Shown piece by piece: positions 23,971 through 37,204 of a DNA stretch of 64,000 nucleotides. The notes beneath the pieces are model-generated. The model made no database searches. It saw only the letters and a program-made list of their open reading frames with translations, and was not told where the DNA came from. The stretch's first letter is position 1. Each line of letters opens with the position of its first letter. Source of the DNA: Macrostomum lignano (Eukaryota); the NCBI GenBank assembly GCA_002269645.1, contig NIVC01000364.1, positions 496,001 through 560,000 of the forward strand, in the 5' to 3' direction. The position numbers and the translations under genes were made by a program.

Positions 23971-26174
23971 ATGAGCGACTTGGACAAATGGATTGAGATT
24001 GCCCGCGACTGCAAGTACCTGCCCGAGGGCGACCTGTACAAACTGTGCAACTACGTTAGCGACCTGCTAATTGAAGAGTGCAACGTTCAGCCAGTTAGCA
24101 CGCCTGTGACAGTGTGCGGCGATATTCACGGACAGTTCTACGACTTATTGGAATTGTTTCGCACCGGCGGGGAACTGCCGGACACCAACTATGTGTTTCT
24201 GGGCGACTTTGTTGACAGGTAGGTGTTAATAATTTGCGCTCTCATTGTGGTATACCTACTCTGTTCAGGAATTAGTGACTTATTGGTGCTTAAAGGGGCT
24301 AGTTGTGTGCTCTAAATATATATTATTCTTAAATTCCTAGTTTAAGACCCTACACTCCTAGTTTAAGGCCCTAAACTCATAGTTTAAGACCCTACACTCC
24401 TAGTTAAAGACCCTAGACTCCTAGTTTAAGACCATAGACTCCTAATTTGACTCTACTGCTAGTTTAAGACCCTACACTCCTAGTTTAAGACCCTACACTC
24501 CTAGTTAAAGATCCTAGACTCCTAGTTTAAGACCATAGACTCCTAATTTGACTCTACTGCTAGTTTAAGACCCTACACTCCTAGTTTAAGACCCTACACT
24601 CCTAGTTTAAGACCCTACACTCCTAGTTTAAGACCCTACACTCCTAGTTTAAGACCCTACACTCCTAGTTTAAGACCCTACACTCCTAGTTAAAGACCCT
24701 AGACTCCTAGTTTAAGACCATAGACTCCTAATTTGACTCTACTGCTAGTTTAAGACCCTACACTCCTAGTTAAAGACCCTAGACTCCTAGTTTAAGACCA
24801 TAGACTCCTAATTTGACTCTACTGCTAGTTTAAGACCCTACACTCCTAGTTTAAGACCCTAAACTCATAGTTTAAGACCCTAGACTCCTAATTTAGGGCC
24901 CTAGACTCATAGTTTAAGACCCTAGACTCCTAATTTAGGGCCCTAGACTCATAGTTTAAGACCCTAGACTCCTAGTTTAAGACTTTAGACTCCTAGTTTT
25001 AGACTCTAGACTCCTAGTTTAAGGTCCTAGACTCCGAGTTTAGCCTCCTAGTTAAATCACTAGCAGCATATTAATTGAATCTATGCATTGAACTCCTTAA
25101 TCCCAGGGGTCACTACTCTCTGGAGACTTGGACCTACCTGATGGCGCTGAAGGCCAAGTATCCCGATCGCATTACGCTGCTCCGGGGCAATCATGAATCG
25201 CGTCAGATCACCACTGTGTACGGCTTTTATGACGAGTGCATCAACAAATACGGCAACGCCAATCCGTGGAAGGCCTGCTGCCGAGTGTTCGACCTGCTCA
25301 CCATTGCTGCCCTGATTGATGAGTCCATCCTGTGCGTCCACGGCGGCCTGTCGCCCGAGATTCGAACTCTTGACCAGGTGAGTGTACCGGCCTTGACAGT
25401 TCTATGATTTTTCAATGGACATCGAGTACTTGCCTGTTTTTTCAAAGGTCATCGAGTACTTGCCCTGCTTTTTCAAAGGTCATCGAGTACTTGCCCTGCT
25501 TTTTCAAAGGTCATCGAGTACTTGCCCTGCTTTTTCAAAGTGCATCGAGTACTTGCCCTGCTTTTTCAAAGTGCATCGAGTACTTACCCTGCTTTTTCAA
25601 AGGGCATCGGGTACTTGCCCTGTTCTTAAAAGGGCATCCAGTACTTTCCCTATTCTTAAAAGGGCATCTGGTACTTTCCCTCTTCTTGAAAGGGCATCGG
25701 GTACTTCCTCTATTCTTAAAAGGGCATCTGGTACTTTCCCTATCCTTCGCCAAGCAAGAGCTACCCCCTCCGCCGCCGCAGATTCGCACCATAGACCGCC
25801 AGCAGGAGATCCCGCACAAGGGCCCGTTCTGCGATCTGGTCTGGAGCGACCCGGACGATGTCGACGGTTTCGCCATGTCGCCGCGCGGCGCCGGCTATCT
25901 GTTTGGCCCGCGCGTGACAGCCGAATTTATGAGCGCCAATCAGTTGAAACTGATCTGCCGAGCCCATCAGCTGGTGCAGGAGGGCTATAAATTTGTATTC
26001 AACGATGCCCTGGTGACAGTCTGGTCGGCCCCGAACTACTGCTACCGGTGCGGCAACGTTGCCGCTGTGCTGGCCTTGGACAGCGCCGGAGGTCGGGAGC
26101 CGAAACTGTTCAACGCTGTGCCGGACGATCAGCGAACTGTGCCGGACAAAACTACTACGCCTTATTTTCTATGA
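23971..26174 (+). CDS. PPP6C: Serine/threonine protein phosphatase 6 catalytic subunit (303 aa)
   Basis: Exons 23971-24218, 25107-25377, 25782-26174 (GT-AG; phases 2, 0). PPP motifs GDIHGQ, GDFVDRG, LRGNHE and SAPNYC; PP6-type N-terminus [17 protein letters not shown] and C-terminal TPYFL. Confidence 0.97.
24333..25055. repeat. 21-bp minisatellite (CTAGTTTAAGACCCTACACTC) in PPP6C intron 1
   Basis: Tandem array with recurring variant blocks. Confidence 0.93.
25415..25745. repeat. 31-bp minisatellite (TTTCAAAGGTCATCGAGTACTTGCCCTGCTT) in PPP6C intron 2
   Basis: Tandem array that diverges progressively toward its 3' end. Confidence 0.9.
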
Positions 26175-26324
26175 AACCGGTGGTTGGCGCGAACTTCTGG
26201 CTGATGCGCTGAGGCTAAGTTATATAGACTGGGCTAATGATTGGTTGCTATGTTAAGCTTGTGGCTTTTTATATTAGTAAATGACCATGTCCGGCTTCAG
26301 TTATCAAAGATTATTAAAATTACT

Positions 26325-26750
26325 TCTCACCGGTCATACAGGGTTTTGTAGACTTCTCGTCGGTCATAGAGGGTGTCGCTGATTTTCCAGTCATACAGGG
26401 TGTAACTAATTAACTTTTCGTCGGTCATAGAGGGTGTAGCTAATTTCTTAGTCATAATAATAGGTGTAGCTGTTTTTTCAGTCATAGAGGGTGTAGCTGA
26501 TTTTTCAGTCATACAGGGTGTAACTAATTAACTTTTCGTCGGTCATAGAGGGTGTAGCTGATTGTAAGTCAAATAGGGTGTAGCTGATTTTCATTCATAG
26601 AGGGTGTAGCTGATTTTTCAGTCATAGAGGGTGTAACTGATTTTTCATTCATAGAGGGTGTAGCTGATTTTTCAGTCATAGAGGGTGTAACTAACCAACT
26701 TTTCGTTGGTCATAGAGGGTGTAGCTGAATTCCCAGTCATACATGGGTGT
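26325..26750. repeat. ~26-bp minisatellite (TTTTCAGTCATAGAGGGTGTAGCTGA)
   Basis: Tandem array just 3' of PPP6C. Confidence 0.85.
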
Positions 26751-27519
26751 AGTGGATTTGTCCCAGATCATACTCATAGATATGATCTTTTCGCCGGCTT
26801 TAAAAGCTCAATTCGCATTAGCACTGAAAAAAACTAAAAATGAGAAATTAAGAGAATCGTCTCCTTAGTAATCTATAAGCGGGCTTGAGTTCTCAATGTG
26901 CTCATATCTTGCAATATGATCCAATTTTCGGCACAAGTATCCTAGAAATGCTACGATCAGTGAATATTAATTAATATTTTTACCAGCCCACTCAGAACAT
27001 GCCAATGTGATCCAGCTCTCTTTACCTGTGTGAATTCTTTTATCTATAATATAAAAATTTTATATAAGTTTCGCTTTAGTTTATTACTATAAGTAGTGTG
27101 TCGAAAATTCGCTCTCTTACTAGTGTCATGTGATTAGTGCATACGAAAAGTACATGCTGGCTTTCCTATGTAGGGGAGCTCAGTGCGCATCTGCTCTTTG
27201 TCATTTTTCCTTCGTTGATTAACCAGGTTAATTGCCGTGTGTACAAAATTAATTTATTAACGAATACGGAGAATTCATGCGTAACTACTACTGATTAAAC
27301 TAAATTAAATCTGATGAGATATGATCCTGCGCTCTGAAGAAATTGGTCTATATCCAGACTATTCATGTACAAGATGGCTTTGCACTGCACTCTCCTTTGT
27401 TGTTATTGATTTTTTATTACGCTCGTATAGAACTCTGCAAGCGGCCCTCAGCAAGCGAGGAAGGAAAAAGTCATTCTCATTCTTCTGTGTCCTGAGCATG
27501 CATACGGATATGTACACCC

Positions 27520-28010
27520 ACACCGGTCATAGCGGGTGTAGCTAGCTGACTTCTCGGTCATAGAGGGTGAAACTGTAGTTGACTTCTCGGTCATAGGGGG
27601 TGAAATTGTAGTTGACTTCTCGATCATAGAGGGTGAAACTGTAGTTGACTTCTCGGTCAAAAAGGGTGAAACTGTTAGTTGACTTCTCGGTCATAAAGGG
27701 TGTAGTGGGTTTCTCGGTTCATAGAGTATAGCTTGGGTTCTCAATCATAGAGGGTGTGACTGTAGCTGACTTCTCGGTCATAGCGGGTGTAACTAGCTGG
27801 CTTCTCAATCACAGCGGGTAACTGTAGCAGTGTAGCTGACTTCGTCGTCATAGCGGGTGTAATTGTATCTGACTTCTCGGTCATAGAGGGTGTAACTGTA
27901 CCTGACTTCTCGGTCATAGAGGGTGAAACTGTAGCAGTGTAGCAGACTTCCCCATCATAGAGGTTGTAAGTCAGCCTTCTCGGTCAATGGTCATAGAGGG
28001 TGCAGCTGAC
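27520..28010. repeat. ~33-bp minisatellite sharing the GTCATAGAGGGTG core with 26325-26750
   Basis: GACTTCTCGGTCATAGAGGGTGAAACTGTAGTT units. Confidence 0.85.
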
Positions 28011-28724
28011 TGCGAAGGCCTGTTAACCCATGAGAAAGAGTGCTTTACCCATCTGTCATCGCAGTACTTGATAAATTCAGCAGTTCTATCTCAACTAAGC
28101 GTGCCATTAAAACCTCATCACTCTCATTAATAAAGCTTATCGTTTGGAGGCTGGGACCTCCATTGAGTCGCACGCGATTTCTCTCGAATCACCTGCCGAG
28201 CGGGGATGCGTGCTTGGGACAGCGTGCAGGGCAAGGAGCTCGTCAGTAGGATTTGAAAGCCAACACTCTTGGTAAGGAATTGCTTTTGTCAGGCCCTGTC
28301 AGAGTCGATAGACAGAAAGCCTCTCTTGCCCAGTGAGCGAACATTGTCGGGGGGGAGACCTCGTTGCACGGCATCAGGTGATGCTCCTGCGATCGGCAGG
28401 TGGGGGGGCGACCATCTGCTTGAGCTGGCTGCGTGGCGTGTGAGACAGTGAGTGTTTTTTTGTTTCAATTTCTGTGCATCTGGCTGTCTGAGCCTCTGCA
28501 TTCGCCGCCCCCCCCCGCCCTCATTAAGCGGCTCAGCGAGACTCAGAATCCCAATAAGGTGTTGATTTCTTGTTTTTTAAGCCGCTGCAGGAGTTTAGCG
28601 ACTGCCGCCCCCTCAATCCACAAATCATTTTACCCTAATGTATGCTCGACATTCGCTTCTATCTTACGAATTTTGTCATCTCTGATGTACATTCTGGCTG
28701 TTCCAGACACAACTTATGTACAGT

Positions 28725-29210
28725 TGTCTTTGAGCACTCCTCTAGTCTGATGTCCAAGTCTTGTAGTTGTGTCTTTGAGCACTCCTCTAGTCTGATGTCC
28801 AAGTCTTATAGTTGTGTCTTTGAGCACTCCTCTAGTCTGATGTCCAAGTCTTATAGTTGTGTCTTTGAGCACTCCTCTAGTCTGATGTCCAAGTTTATAG
28901 TTTGTCTTTGAGCACTCCTCTAGTCTGATGTCCAAGTCTTGTAGTTGTGTCTTTGAGCACTCCTCTAGTCTGATGTCCAAGTCTTATAATTGTGTCTTTG
29001 AGCACTCCTCTAGTCTGATGTCCAAGTTTTATAGTTTTCTTTGAGCACTCCTCTAGTCTGATGTCCAAGTCTTGTAGTTGTGTCTTTGAGCACTCCTCTA
29101 GTCTGATGTCCAAGTCTTATAATTGTGTCTTTGAGCACTCCTCTAGTCTGATGTCCAAGTTTTATAGTTTTCTTTGAGCACTCCTCTAGTCTGATGTCCA
29201 AGTCTTATAA
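28725..29210. repeat. 45-bp minisatellite (CTTTGAGCACTCCTCTAGTCTGATGTCCAAGTCTTATAGTTGTGT)
   Basis: About 11 tandem units. Confidence 0.95.
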
Positions 29211-31596
29211 TAATGTCTTCGAGTTCACCTTGAGTCTGGTGCAGATGCCTTAGATTTGAGTCCACTTCGAGTTTTTAGCTTAATCTTCATGTCTTCATGC
29301 ATGCAACCCTTGCGCACCGTCTGCAATTATACTATAGTACAAAGCCATCAGCAAAGGTATGAATAATTACGTAGCCAAAAAATCCTTTGCAGAATTTTTC
29401 TCACCAAGGCCAAACTGAGAAAGTCAAAGGCAGGCGCCACGTCAACGCTGTTGAATTTCAAAGGATTTATAATTGCATCTTATACTGAACACGCAAGAAG
29501 ACATTTCTTTTCTTGAAAATTAGAATATCATATTTATTCACTCTACACAACTAGTCAAAAACCGGTGCTGACGGTGGACATGAGCACACAAGCTCGCCAA
29601 TACTGTACTCAGGCACGCATTCATGCAGTCGCTCACACTGGGTGCACAGCGGCCCTTTTGACTTTCTAATCGTCAGGCATGTGCATGGAGATGCGTTTAC
29701 CGCTTGAGCTGCTCTGCCCCACCTTCGGGAATATTAATTATCTAATATTGATAAATCATGGTAGAATCAAAGGGAGAATAAAGAGTCAGGGGTAAGTCAT
29801 GGCTTAATTGGGAGGCTTTGATGCCAAAGCTCACAGGGGATATCGATGTCTTAGGCAAGGATAGCTGGCTTTCAGGGCTGATGCTTTTTCGCTTGAAACA
29901 TCACTTTGTGCGATTACTAACAATTGTGATTTTATCGGGTCAAGAGCTGCACACCTTGAAGCAACTGCACATTTGGCCGCTAATTTATGCAGCTCTGCAG
30001 ATCCAAGGACTGCTCAAATCTCAAATCTTGAGCAGCCTTAAAAGCCGCAGTAGAAAACTTTTGAATTTAAATAAACAAAAAATGGCTCAGGAGAAATTTA
30101 ATTTTTTTCTCAGTTTTAATAGAATACAACTTAATATATTTAGCAAATCTCTCTGTGGGGCCGTCTGTACATTACTGTATCACAGGTACAACGTAAATCA
30201 ATTGACAATGTTATTAATAAACATACATGTACGAGCTACTTTGTATACACAGAAATGCACAAGGACACTTTTATACTTGGTAAAGTATAGCGACACATTG
30301 GAATTAGACTATACGGGATGATACATATCAGTCAAAATATGGACCTTACTGAGAGTCGAGGACGTTTGCTCTTCATTACTGATAGGACACTAGCACTTAC
30401 ACTCAGCAATAACATTTACACCATCCCGAAGCCAGTGGTCAACTGTTCTCAGCCCCCCAACTTCACACCACTCCCGCGCGGTTCTGGGTGATGCAGCTTA
30501 GGCTGGTGAGCCGAGAGTAGAGAGTTATGGCTTGAGTTGGATTAGCTCGTAGAGCTGCCCACTTGTTGACCATTGGTTTCTGGGTGGAAACTTGAAAGAT
30601 GTTGCTGTGTGCACTTCTGAATGGACAGCTCAAAAACACAGACAGATATAGTGAGCAAGCGAAACCAGTAGAAAATAAATGGCATTGGCAGTGGAACTCG
30701 TTACACTATATCAAATAGGTTAGAGTTTTCCAAGAGACCAGGATTAGATCAAAATGCAACAACAAGGATTCAGTAGATCGCTAACTCGGCTGGGGGGGGG
30801 AGGCGCAGTGGTGACAGGTTTTCTTCAACAATACTTTGGTTTTGCCACTATTGCTGCTTGGTTGGAGAAAAATCGCCCACTTTGCACGGGTTTGGCCCAG
30901 CCATTTTTCACTCTTACAACACAGCCAGTTCTGCACACTCTCGAATAATTGACAAATTAACTTTTTTAGCTGCGGGAAGTGGCCGCTAATTACTCTACAC
31001 CCAGTGACCGCAGCTCGGGACACAACAAATTCGTCGGCCGGTTCGACATGACTTCAAAACTCGTCACTGTTATGGTGGAATTCTTGCAGTTCGCTTGTGA
31101 CAGAAGATTAATTAGCGAGTGTGGTGCAGCGCTGCTATTGGCATGCAATGGGATATTTTGGTGGCGCAGTTTCAAAATTTAAACAATACACAATGGGATT
31201 TAATAATGGCAGTTTTCGTTAGAAATAGTTGGACGAAATTGAGGGATTAGCACACGAGGAGCACCAGAACTGCTGAAGCAGAGGGACGCCGTAAGTTTTC
31301 ACTTTTTAGCAACAAGGGGAGCCGCCATCACGCGACTTTTGTCCAATTTTGATCCGGCAAGCTTTGCAAAGATTTGCTTTCACACTCATCGCTGAGTGGG
31401 GTTCCGCCATAGACAAATTTGGTAGAAACAAATCCACTAAAAGTATCGAAACAGCAGAAATTTTGTGGAAACTTTGCTCCTGGGAAGTCCTGGGATTTGT
31501 TGCTAAAAAACTGAAAAACTTTCTGTCTCGCCAATGCGTGTGCAGCGTCCCTCTGCTTTTAGCTGTCTAGTGCAAGGGGAAGCCGTGACAACCAAC

Positions 31597-32844
31597 TCAG
31601 CTGCTGCCGCCCGGCTCAAACAGTTCCGAATAGGCCGGCGGCGGGTTCTGCAAGTCCTGCTGCTGCTCCTGCTGCGCCTGCTCGTAGCTTGGCGGAGCGG
31701 CGCTGAAGGGCCCGGGCGGGGGCGCCTGCTCCCGGTAGCTCGGCAGGATGAGGTCGGTCGGCGACACGACGTTGATGCTCTCTGCGCAGCTCAGCGACAG
31801 GAAGGAGCCGGTGCGCTCGCGGCCTCGCCTGTCTCGCCGCCGCCGTCGCCTACCGTGACGGCCCGCTCCGCCGCCGCTACCGCCACCCTCGCTGCTGTCA
31901 TAGTCTTCCGTGTCGTCAAAATCTGCCAAATAGTCGTTGTGTGCCCCGGCTCCGCCTACAGCGCCTCTGGCCCGGTCGTAGCTTAAAGCGACGCCGATAC
32001 GAAGGTTCGATTCGCCAAAATCGAGGCCCAGCCGAGTTCGGAGCGAAGCGAAGGCCTGCGCGACTCCGGAGCACAGCTTGGAGCAGTGAGTGCAGAGGCG
32101 GCAGCCGTAGGCGGCCACAATGAGGCATATGAGCAGAAAGGCGCACACCAGGACGCCGTTCCACAGCCGGTTCGAAGTCAGGCTGTCCGCCGCTACTTCG
32201 CTCGCTGCTCTTGTCTGCTGCGCCGCCACCGCGCCAGGCGAGCACGGACCGCCGCGCGTTGGGCTGCACCAGGAGGAGCACGGCCGGATCTGAGAGGGCC
32301 AGGAGGCTCCGGGACAACGGCACTGGCAGGTGGCCGCGCAGTCGGGTCCGAAGCAGTCCCGTCCGGCCTGCTTGAACTCGGCCGAGCACTGGGCGCAACC
32401 CCCGGTGCCACCGCCGCCGCCGCCGCAGTCTCGACCGCTGCGAACGCCCCTGGCGCAGCGAAAGTCCCGCACGGCCTCCCCGCCGGCCGACTTGTTCTCC
32501 AGGTGGGCGCAGACGCAGCTGACGCCAGCCAGCGACCAGCAGAGATCGATGCCAGTCTGCAGAGTTTGCATCTTCCGGCTGCTGCCATTGAACAATCGCT
32601 GCACCAGATGCTGCTTGGCTGGCTGAGTCAGCTGAACAGCCAGTTTGGCGATGCTGCTGTCGCCAGTGGCCAGCCGAAGCAGCACCTGGTCCGCCGGCTG
32701 GGACTCGATCTCGCGCAGCAGCGCCTGGTCGCCATCAAATCCCGGCTGCTGCGGCTGCCGGCTTGAATTGCAGAGCCGGCACAGAACCGCGGCAAGCAGC
32801 AGCACCGTTCCGGTGGCAGCTGTCAGTCTCGCTACTATCGGCAT
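31597..32844 (-). CDS. Type I membrane protein with Cys-rich ectodomain and three PY motifs (415 aa, intronless)
   Basis: GC-rich ORF with a signal peptide, ~15 Cys before a single TM (GVLVCAFLLICLIVAAYG), juxtamembrane Cys residues, an acidic/Arg-rich tail, and LPSY, PPSY and PPAY near the C-terminus. An AG acceptor lies immediately before the ATG. Confidence 0.85.
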   Translation of the reverse strand: MPIVARLTAATGTVLLLAAVLCRLCNSSRQPQQPGFDGDQALLREIESQPADQVLLRLATGDSSIAKLAVQLTQPAKQHLVQRLFNGSSRKMQTLQTGIDLCWSLAGVSCVCAHLENKSAGGEAVRDFRCARGVRSGRDCGGGGGGTGGCAQCSAEFKQAGRDCFGPDCAATCQCRCPGASWPSQIRPCSSWCSPTRGGPCSPGAVAAQQTRAASEVAADSLTSNRLWNGVLVCAFLLICLIVAAYGCRLCTHCSKLCSGVAQAFASLRTRLGLDFGESNLRIGVALSYDRARGAVGGAGAHNDYLADFDDTEDYDSSEGGGSGGGAGRHGRRRRRRDRRGRERTGSFLSLSCAESINVVSPTDLILPSYREQAPPPGPFSAAPPSYEQAQQEQQQDLQNPPPAYSELFEPGGSS

Positions 32845-34164
32845 CTGCTTGGCAGACAGGGTCAGTTATTTGGCTGTGCTTGAATATGTTTGGCTATGCT
32901 TCCTCAGCTGAAATCAGTTCCCTTGTTCAGTCGGGGCGCGTATCTCCTCACATGAGGCCGGCCGGCTTTGTAGGGAGAGAGAGAGAGAGATTTGCTCGGG
33001 GCGCGCAAAGCGGAGGTGAGGTTGATTGCACGCCGCGAGCTACCTATTGAAACTTGCCTGAGAACAGGAGAAACTGAGGTGGTTGATGAGGCTGATACTC
33101 TGCTGCTGCAGCTGCTGCTAAGAAACAGTCAATAGCGCCTGGCGCTCAAATATGGGGTGGGTGGGTTGAGTTTCGCGATGCCAATCTCCTTTTCCTTCGC
33201 TTGTCCCCCGATTTGCTTCTCTGCAATCCCCGTGCCATCCTTGGCCTCTCCCTCCTGTTCTCCCGCCTGTTCTTCCTGCTACCCTCTTGCTCTCCCTGGC
33301 CAATGCCAGCTCCGATGGAGACTGAGAAGCAGAGAGCATGCAGGCCCAAGCCGCTGTGTTTGTACTCACTGTGTTTTGGCAGTACGCGGATGCTGGGGGA
33401 AGGGGGTTAGCCAGCCCAGCCTCTCTGCCCTCATCCTTGCCTCCTTGCGCCTAAGTCGCGACCCCCCCCCCAACCCGTCGTACATTTCGTCTCGAGCTCC
33501 GTTCCGTCTGAATTGTCGCCACGGGCCCTTTTAACTCGCGGGCATGAATTCGCAAGCATGAATTCCCGTTGCAGTACAGCATGCAGGCCTGCCGCCCTGC
33601 GGAGCTCTGTAGCTCTCTTTCTTCTCTGCCGTCTGTGAGACCGTTTCTCCCCAGCTCCCGCATGCCCCCTTCCTCGCAGGTTCTGAAGCCCAGCTTTCCC
33701 AACATGCTTGAGCGTGGATTTCATTTTATATACAGTTTGTCTTGTAGTAGCTTAGAAGCTAGAAATGGATATCCTGCCAAATAGGGGAAGCCCTATGGCT
33801 CGGTTGCCCCTATGCCGCGGTACTCTTGCACGCAAATTTTAGAAGCCTTAGAACCGGCGGGCGTGGCACCTTTGACAAAGCTTTTTACCTGCATGTTATT
33901 ATCAGATAGCTATTACACTGCCCGAAGCTGGAATGCTGGCAATTATAACAAAAATCTCTCAATGCCTTACCGGGTACAGCTAGCAATTACGTCCAACAAG
34001 AAAATATTTTAAGTTTATTCTATTTTCATTATTTCAATTGCGTCACTCGTCATTACGACCTAATTTCGCACCTAAGGGCGGCTTTGGGCGTCATGGGTGT
34101 TCTGTTGACTGTTAAGGCTTCCAACAATGTAGAAGGTTTAAGCAGTGATATCTGTATTAGACAA

Positions 34165-34780
34165 TGGAATCAGACAGATATTGGAATCACCTGTCAGACA
34201 GATATTGGAATCACCTGTCAGACAGATATTGGAATCACCTGTCAGACAGATATTGGAATACCTGTCAGACAGATATTGGAATCACCTGTCAGACAGATAT
34301 TGGAATCGCCTGTCAGACAGATATTGGAATCGCCTGTCAGACAGATATTGGAATCACCTGTCAGACAGATATTGGAATCACCTGTCAGACATTGGAATCA
34401 CTGTCAGTCAGACAGATATTGGAATCACCTGTCAGACAGATATTGGAATCACCTGTCAGACAGATATTGGAATCACCTGTCAGACAGATATTGGAATCAC
34501 CTGTCAGACAGATATTGGAATCGCCTGTCAGACAGATATTGGAATCACCTGTCAGACATATTGGAATCACTGTCAGACAGATATTGGAATCACCTGTCAG
34601 ACAGATAGGAATCAGACAGATATTGGAATCTGTCAGACAGATATTGGAATCAGACAGATATTGGAATCACCTCAGACACCCTGTCCAGACAATATTGGAA
34701 TCGCCTCAGACAGATGTCAGAATATTGGAATCACCTGTCAGACAGAGTCACTTGTTGGACAGTATAGAATCACCTGTCAG
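34165..34780. repeat. 24-bp minisatellite (TCAGACAGATATTGGAATCACCTG)
   Basis: Tandem array. Confidence 0.95.
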
Positions 34781-37204
34781 TAATCAGTCAAAGTTTTCTT
34801 ACCAGTGAATCTGTTAATCAGACGCCTGACGCATAAATCACCGCTGTAGTGGGTGCTCTGCATGACTATCCGTAGGATTTTTGCAAATACTACAGTTCTG
34901 CTAGAGTGTCTCTATATATAGTGCTGTCTAAGCTGAAGTACTCAAGTGTCTATGCAGATGCAAATTTCACGGGTAACGAAGGTGCCATAATTCCTGACTC
35001 CCCTTCATTTTCATGTACACATGCATGCATTCATGTAGATCGACTATGCTACTTAATGTATTCGAACATCGGATAGCCTCAAATGGTTTAGATACAATTT
35101 TGACGGTACTTTTTTATCCGCATGGCTTGCGTGTCTTTGTAGTTCTGTGCCCGTTGCAAGCTCCAATTTTAGGATTTCATTTTCAGTTTTTAATAATCAT
35201 TGTTAAGATGCGGCTACATTTATTTAGCTCACATGAATTGTAGCGAAACGAGGGGACAGGATGCTGGATGTCGTGCAACTTTTCAGTCGAAGCGCACACG
35301 TATTGCTACTCGATAGCACGTACTAGTGCTTGACAACATTTAATTGATTTCGCCTTCGATTTCATCGATCAGATTATTTAATTCTAGCTCTAACAATATT
35401 GTTTGATTTTCGACCTGCAACCGTGACTCATTTATTGCGAATGGTTTTGAGGAAATGCTGCGTAGTTTTATTGTGCAGTATACATAGTACATGTAATGTA
35501 CATGTACGTACACTGCACGTATATGCTTAATTACAATCAGTGAGGCTTAATTGGATAGAAAAATGGTTCATTGTGTAAGCGAACAGCGATCAAAAAATAC
35601 AGAAACTATACCTTTAAATTTAAGTACGATGCATGTAAGCATGAGTACAATGTAAGAACTCGTAAAAATGCACTGTATGCATACATGCATGCACATGTAC
35701 ATGTAGAACTATTAAGTACATGGAAAATTACTATAATAAAGCCTATTTACATTTAAATAAGCTTTATTAGAGTTAAGATTGTCTTCCAGCTGCAAAATCA
35801 ATCATTCCTACGAGTCTGCATTCTACCTGTAATAGCTCTGATACACGTGATTTACATAATTAATGAATGATATGCATGCGATTTTTAGCTCGACTTTAAG
35901 AACAGATTTGTTCTTTAATTTAATTTGACAATTTTTTGGGGCTTTATTACCATTAGGTCTGTAAAACAAAAAGTATTTTATAATATTTAATGCTTTTATA
36001 TTTCTTATGTCAGCTATAAGCTTTCTAGATTCATACAATAAATTGAAAATTTAACGCTTTTTAAATGCTAAAATTCAATTCTTCATTGCTTGTAGTTTTC
36101 GATCTTGCAATAATTTAATCTAAAATAATTTAATTTATTCTAATTCAAATTTCCCTTTCCCTAATTAGAATTTTGTAATTGTAATCCATATAACTAAAAA
36201 TTTTCTGTCGGTAGGTAGGTATGTGGGTATGTGATCGATTTTAGCAAATTTATTCTAATTCCAATTTCCGTCCAGCCCAATCTCATCAGATATTTTATGA
36301 ACCTGACCTGATTTCTCTGCCTAAATAATACTTTTTGTATCTAATTTGTGTCTGTATCTAATAATTTCTGTTGTTTAAGTAGTTAAGTTCAATAAATATA
36401 ATAAAATAAATCATTTAAAAGATTAAAATATAGGTTATTATACTACTTACTAGGCCTAGCTACTTAGTTTTATTGGCTTTTACAAGCAAATTGTGTGTAC
36501 CTTTCAGTTCATAATTCATAAGCTTAAAAACTACATGTGAGAGTACATTATGCTTGTCTAATGAGTTATGTTGTCAAATAGAATGCCCACAAACTTGTTT
36601 ATTATGTTATCATATTTATCTTATTTTAAAGCTTCTACATGTGTCCTTTACGAGCGTATTCATTTAATTTTATTTACTTTAATATTCTACCCTATTACAT
36701 TTTAACCTTTTCCTAAATGGCTTGCCAAAAAGTTTTAGAAAAAAGAATTAGTAGGCTCATTACTACTCATAGGCCTATGAAACTATATTGAAATTTGAAA
36801 CTATATTTTTGTAAGGCTTGGTTTCGTTTGTATCAATTTCATACTTTTCTTTTATCTATAAAATGTAATTAAAGATTTAGTTTTTTAATGTCTTGTAGAT
36901 ATTATAATTATATTATGAGTTCATATTTTATGACAATTTTTTGTTTCTTTATATGCAACTAAAATATAATTACTATGATCATGTCATAGCATAAATAATT
37001 TTTATTTGAATATCAAACAATTAAAAATGGGATCAAATACATCCCAAGCCCAAAATCACAAGATCCACAAAAGAAAAGAAAATATAATCTCAAAATATTG
37101 AGATCCTATTCGACCTATATAGGATCTGTATATTGGATGCTAGTGTTAATACTATTTTCCCAAAATCCTAAGATTAAAACAAAAATATTAAACCTAATCC
37201 TGAC

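Noticed and set aside
28040-28730. Possible - strand exons (SFINESDEVLMARL..., MYIRDDKIRKIEANVEH...)
   Set aside because: They could not be joined into a consistent frame with valid acceptors, and no family was recognisable.
31534-32766. + strand ORFs of 150 and 226 aa
   Set aside because: They are antisense shadows of the GC-rich - strand membrane-protein gene.
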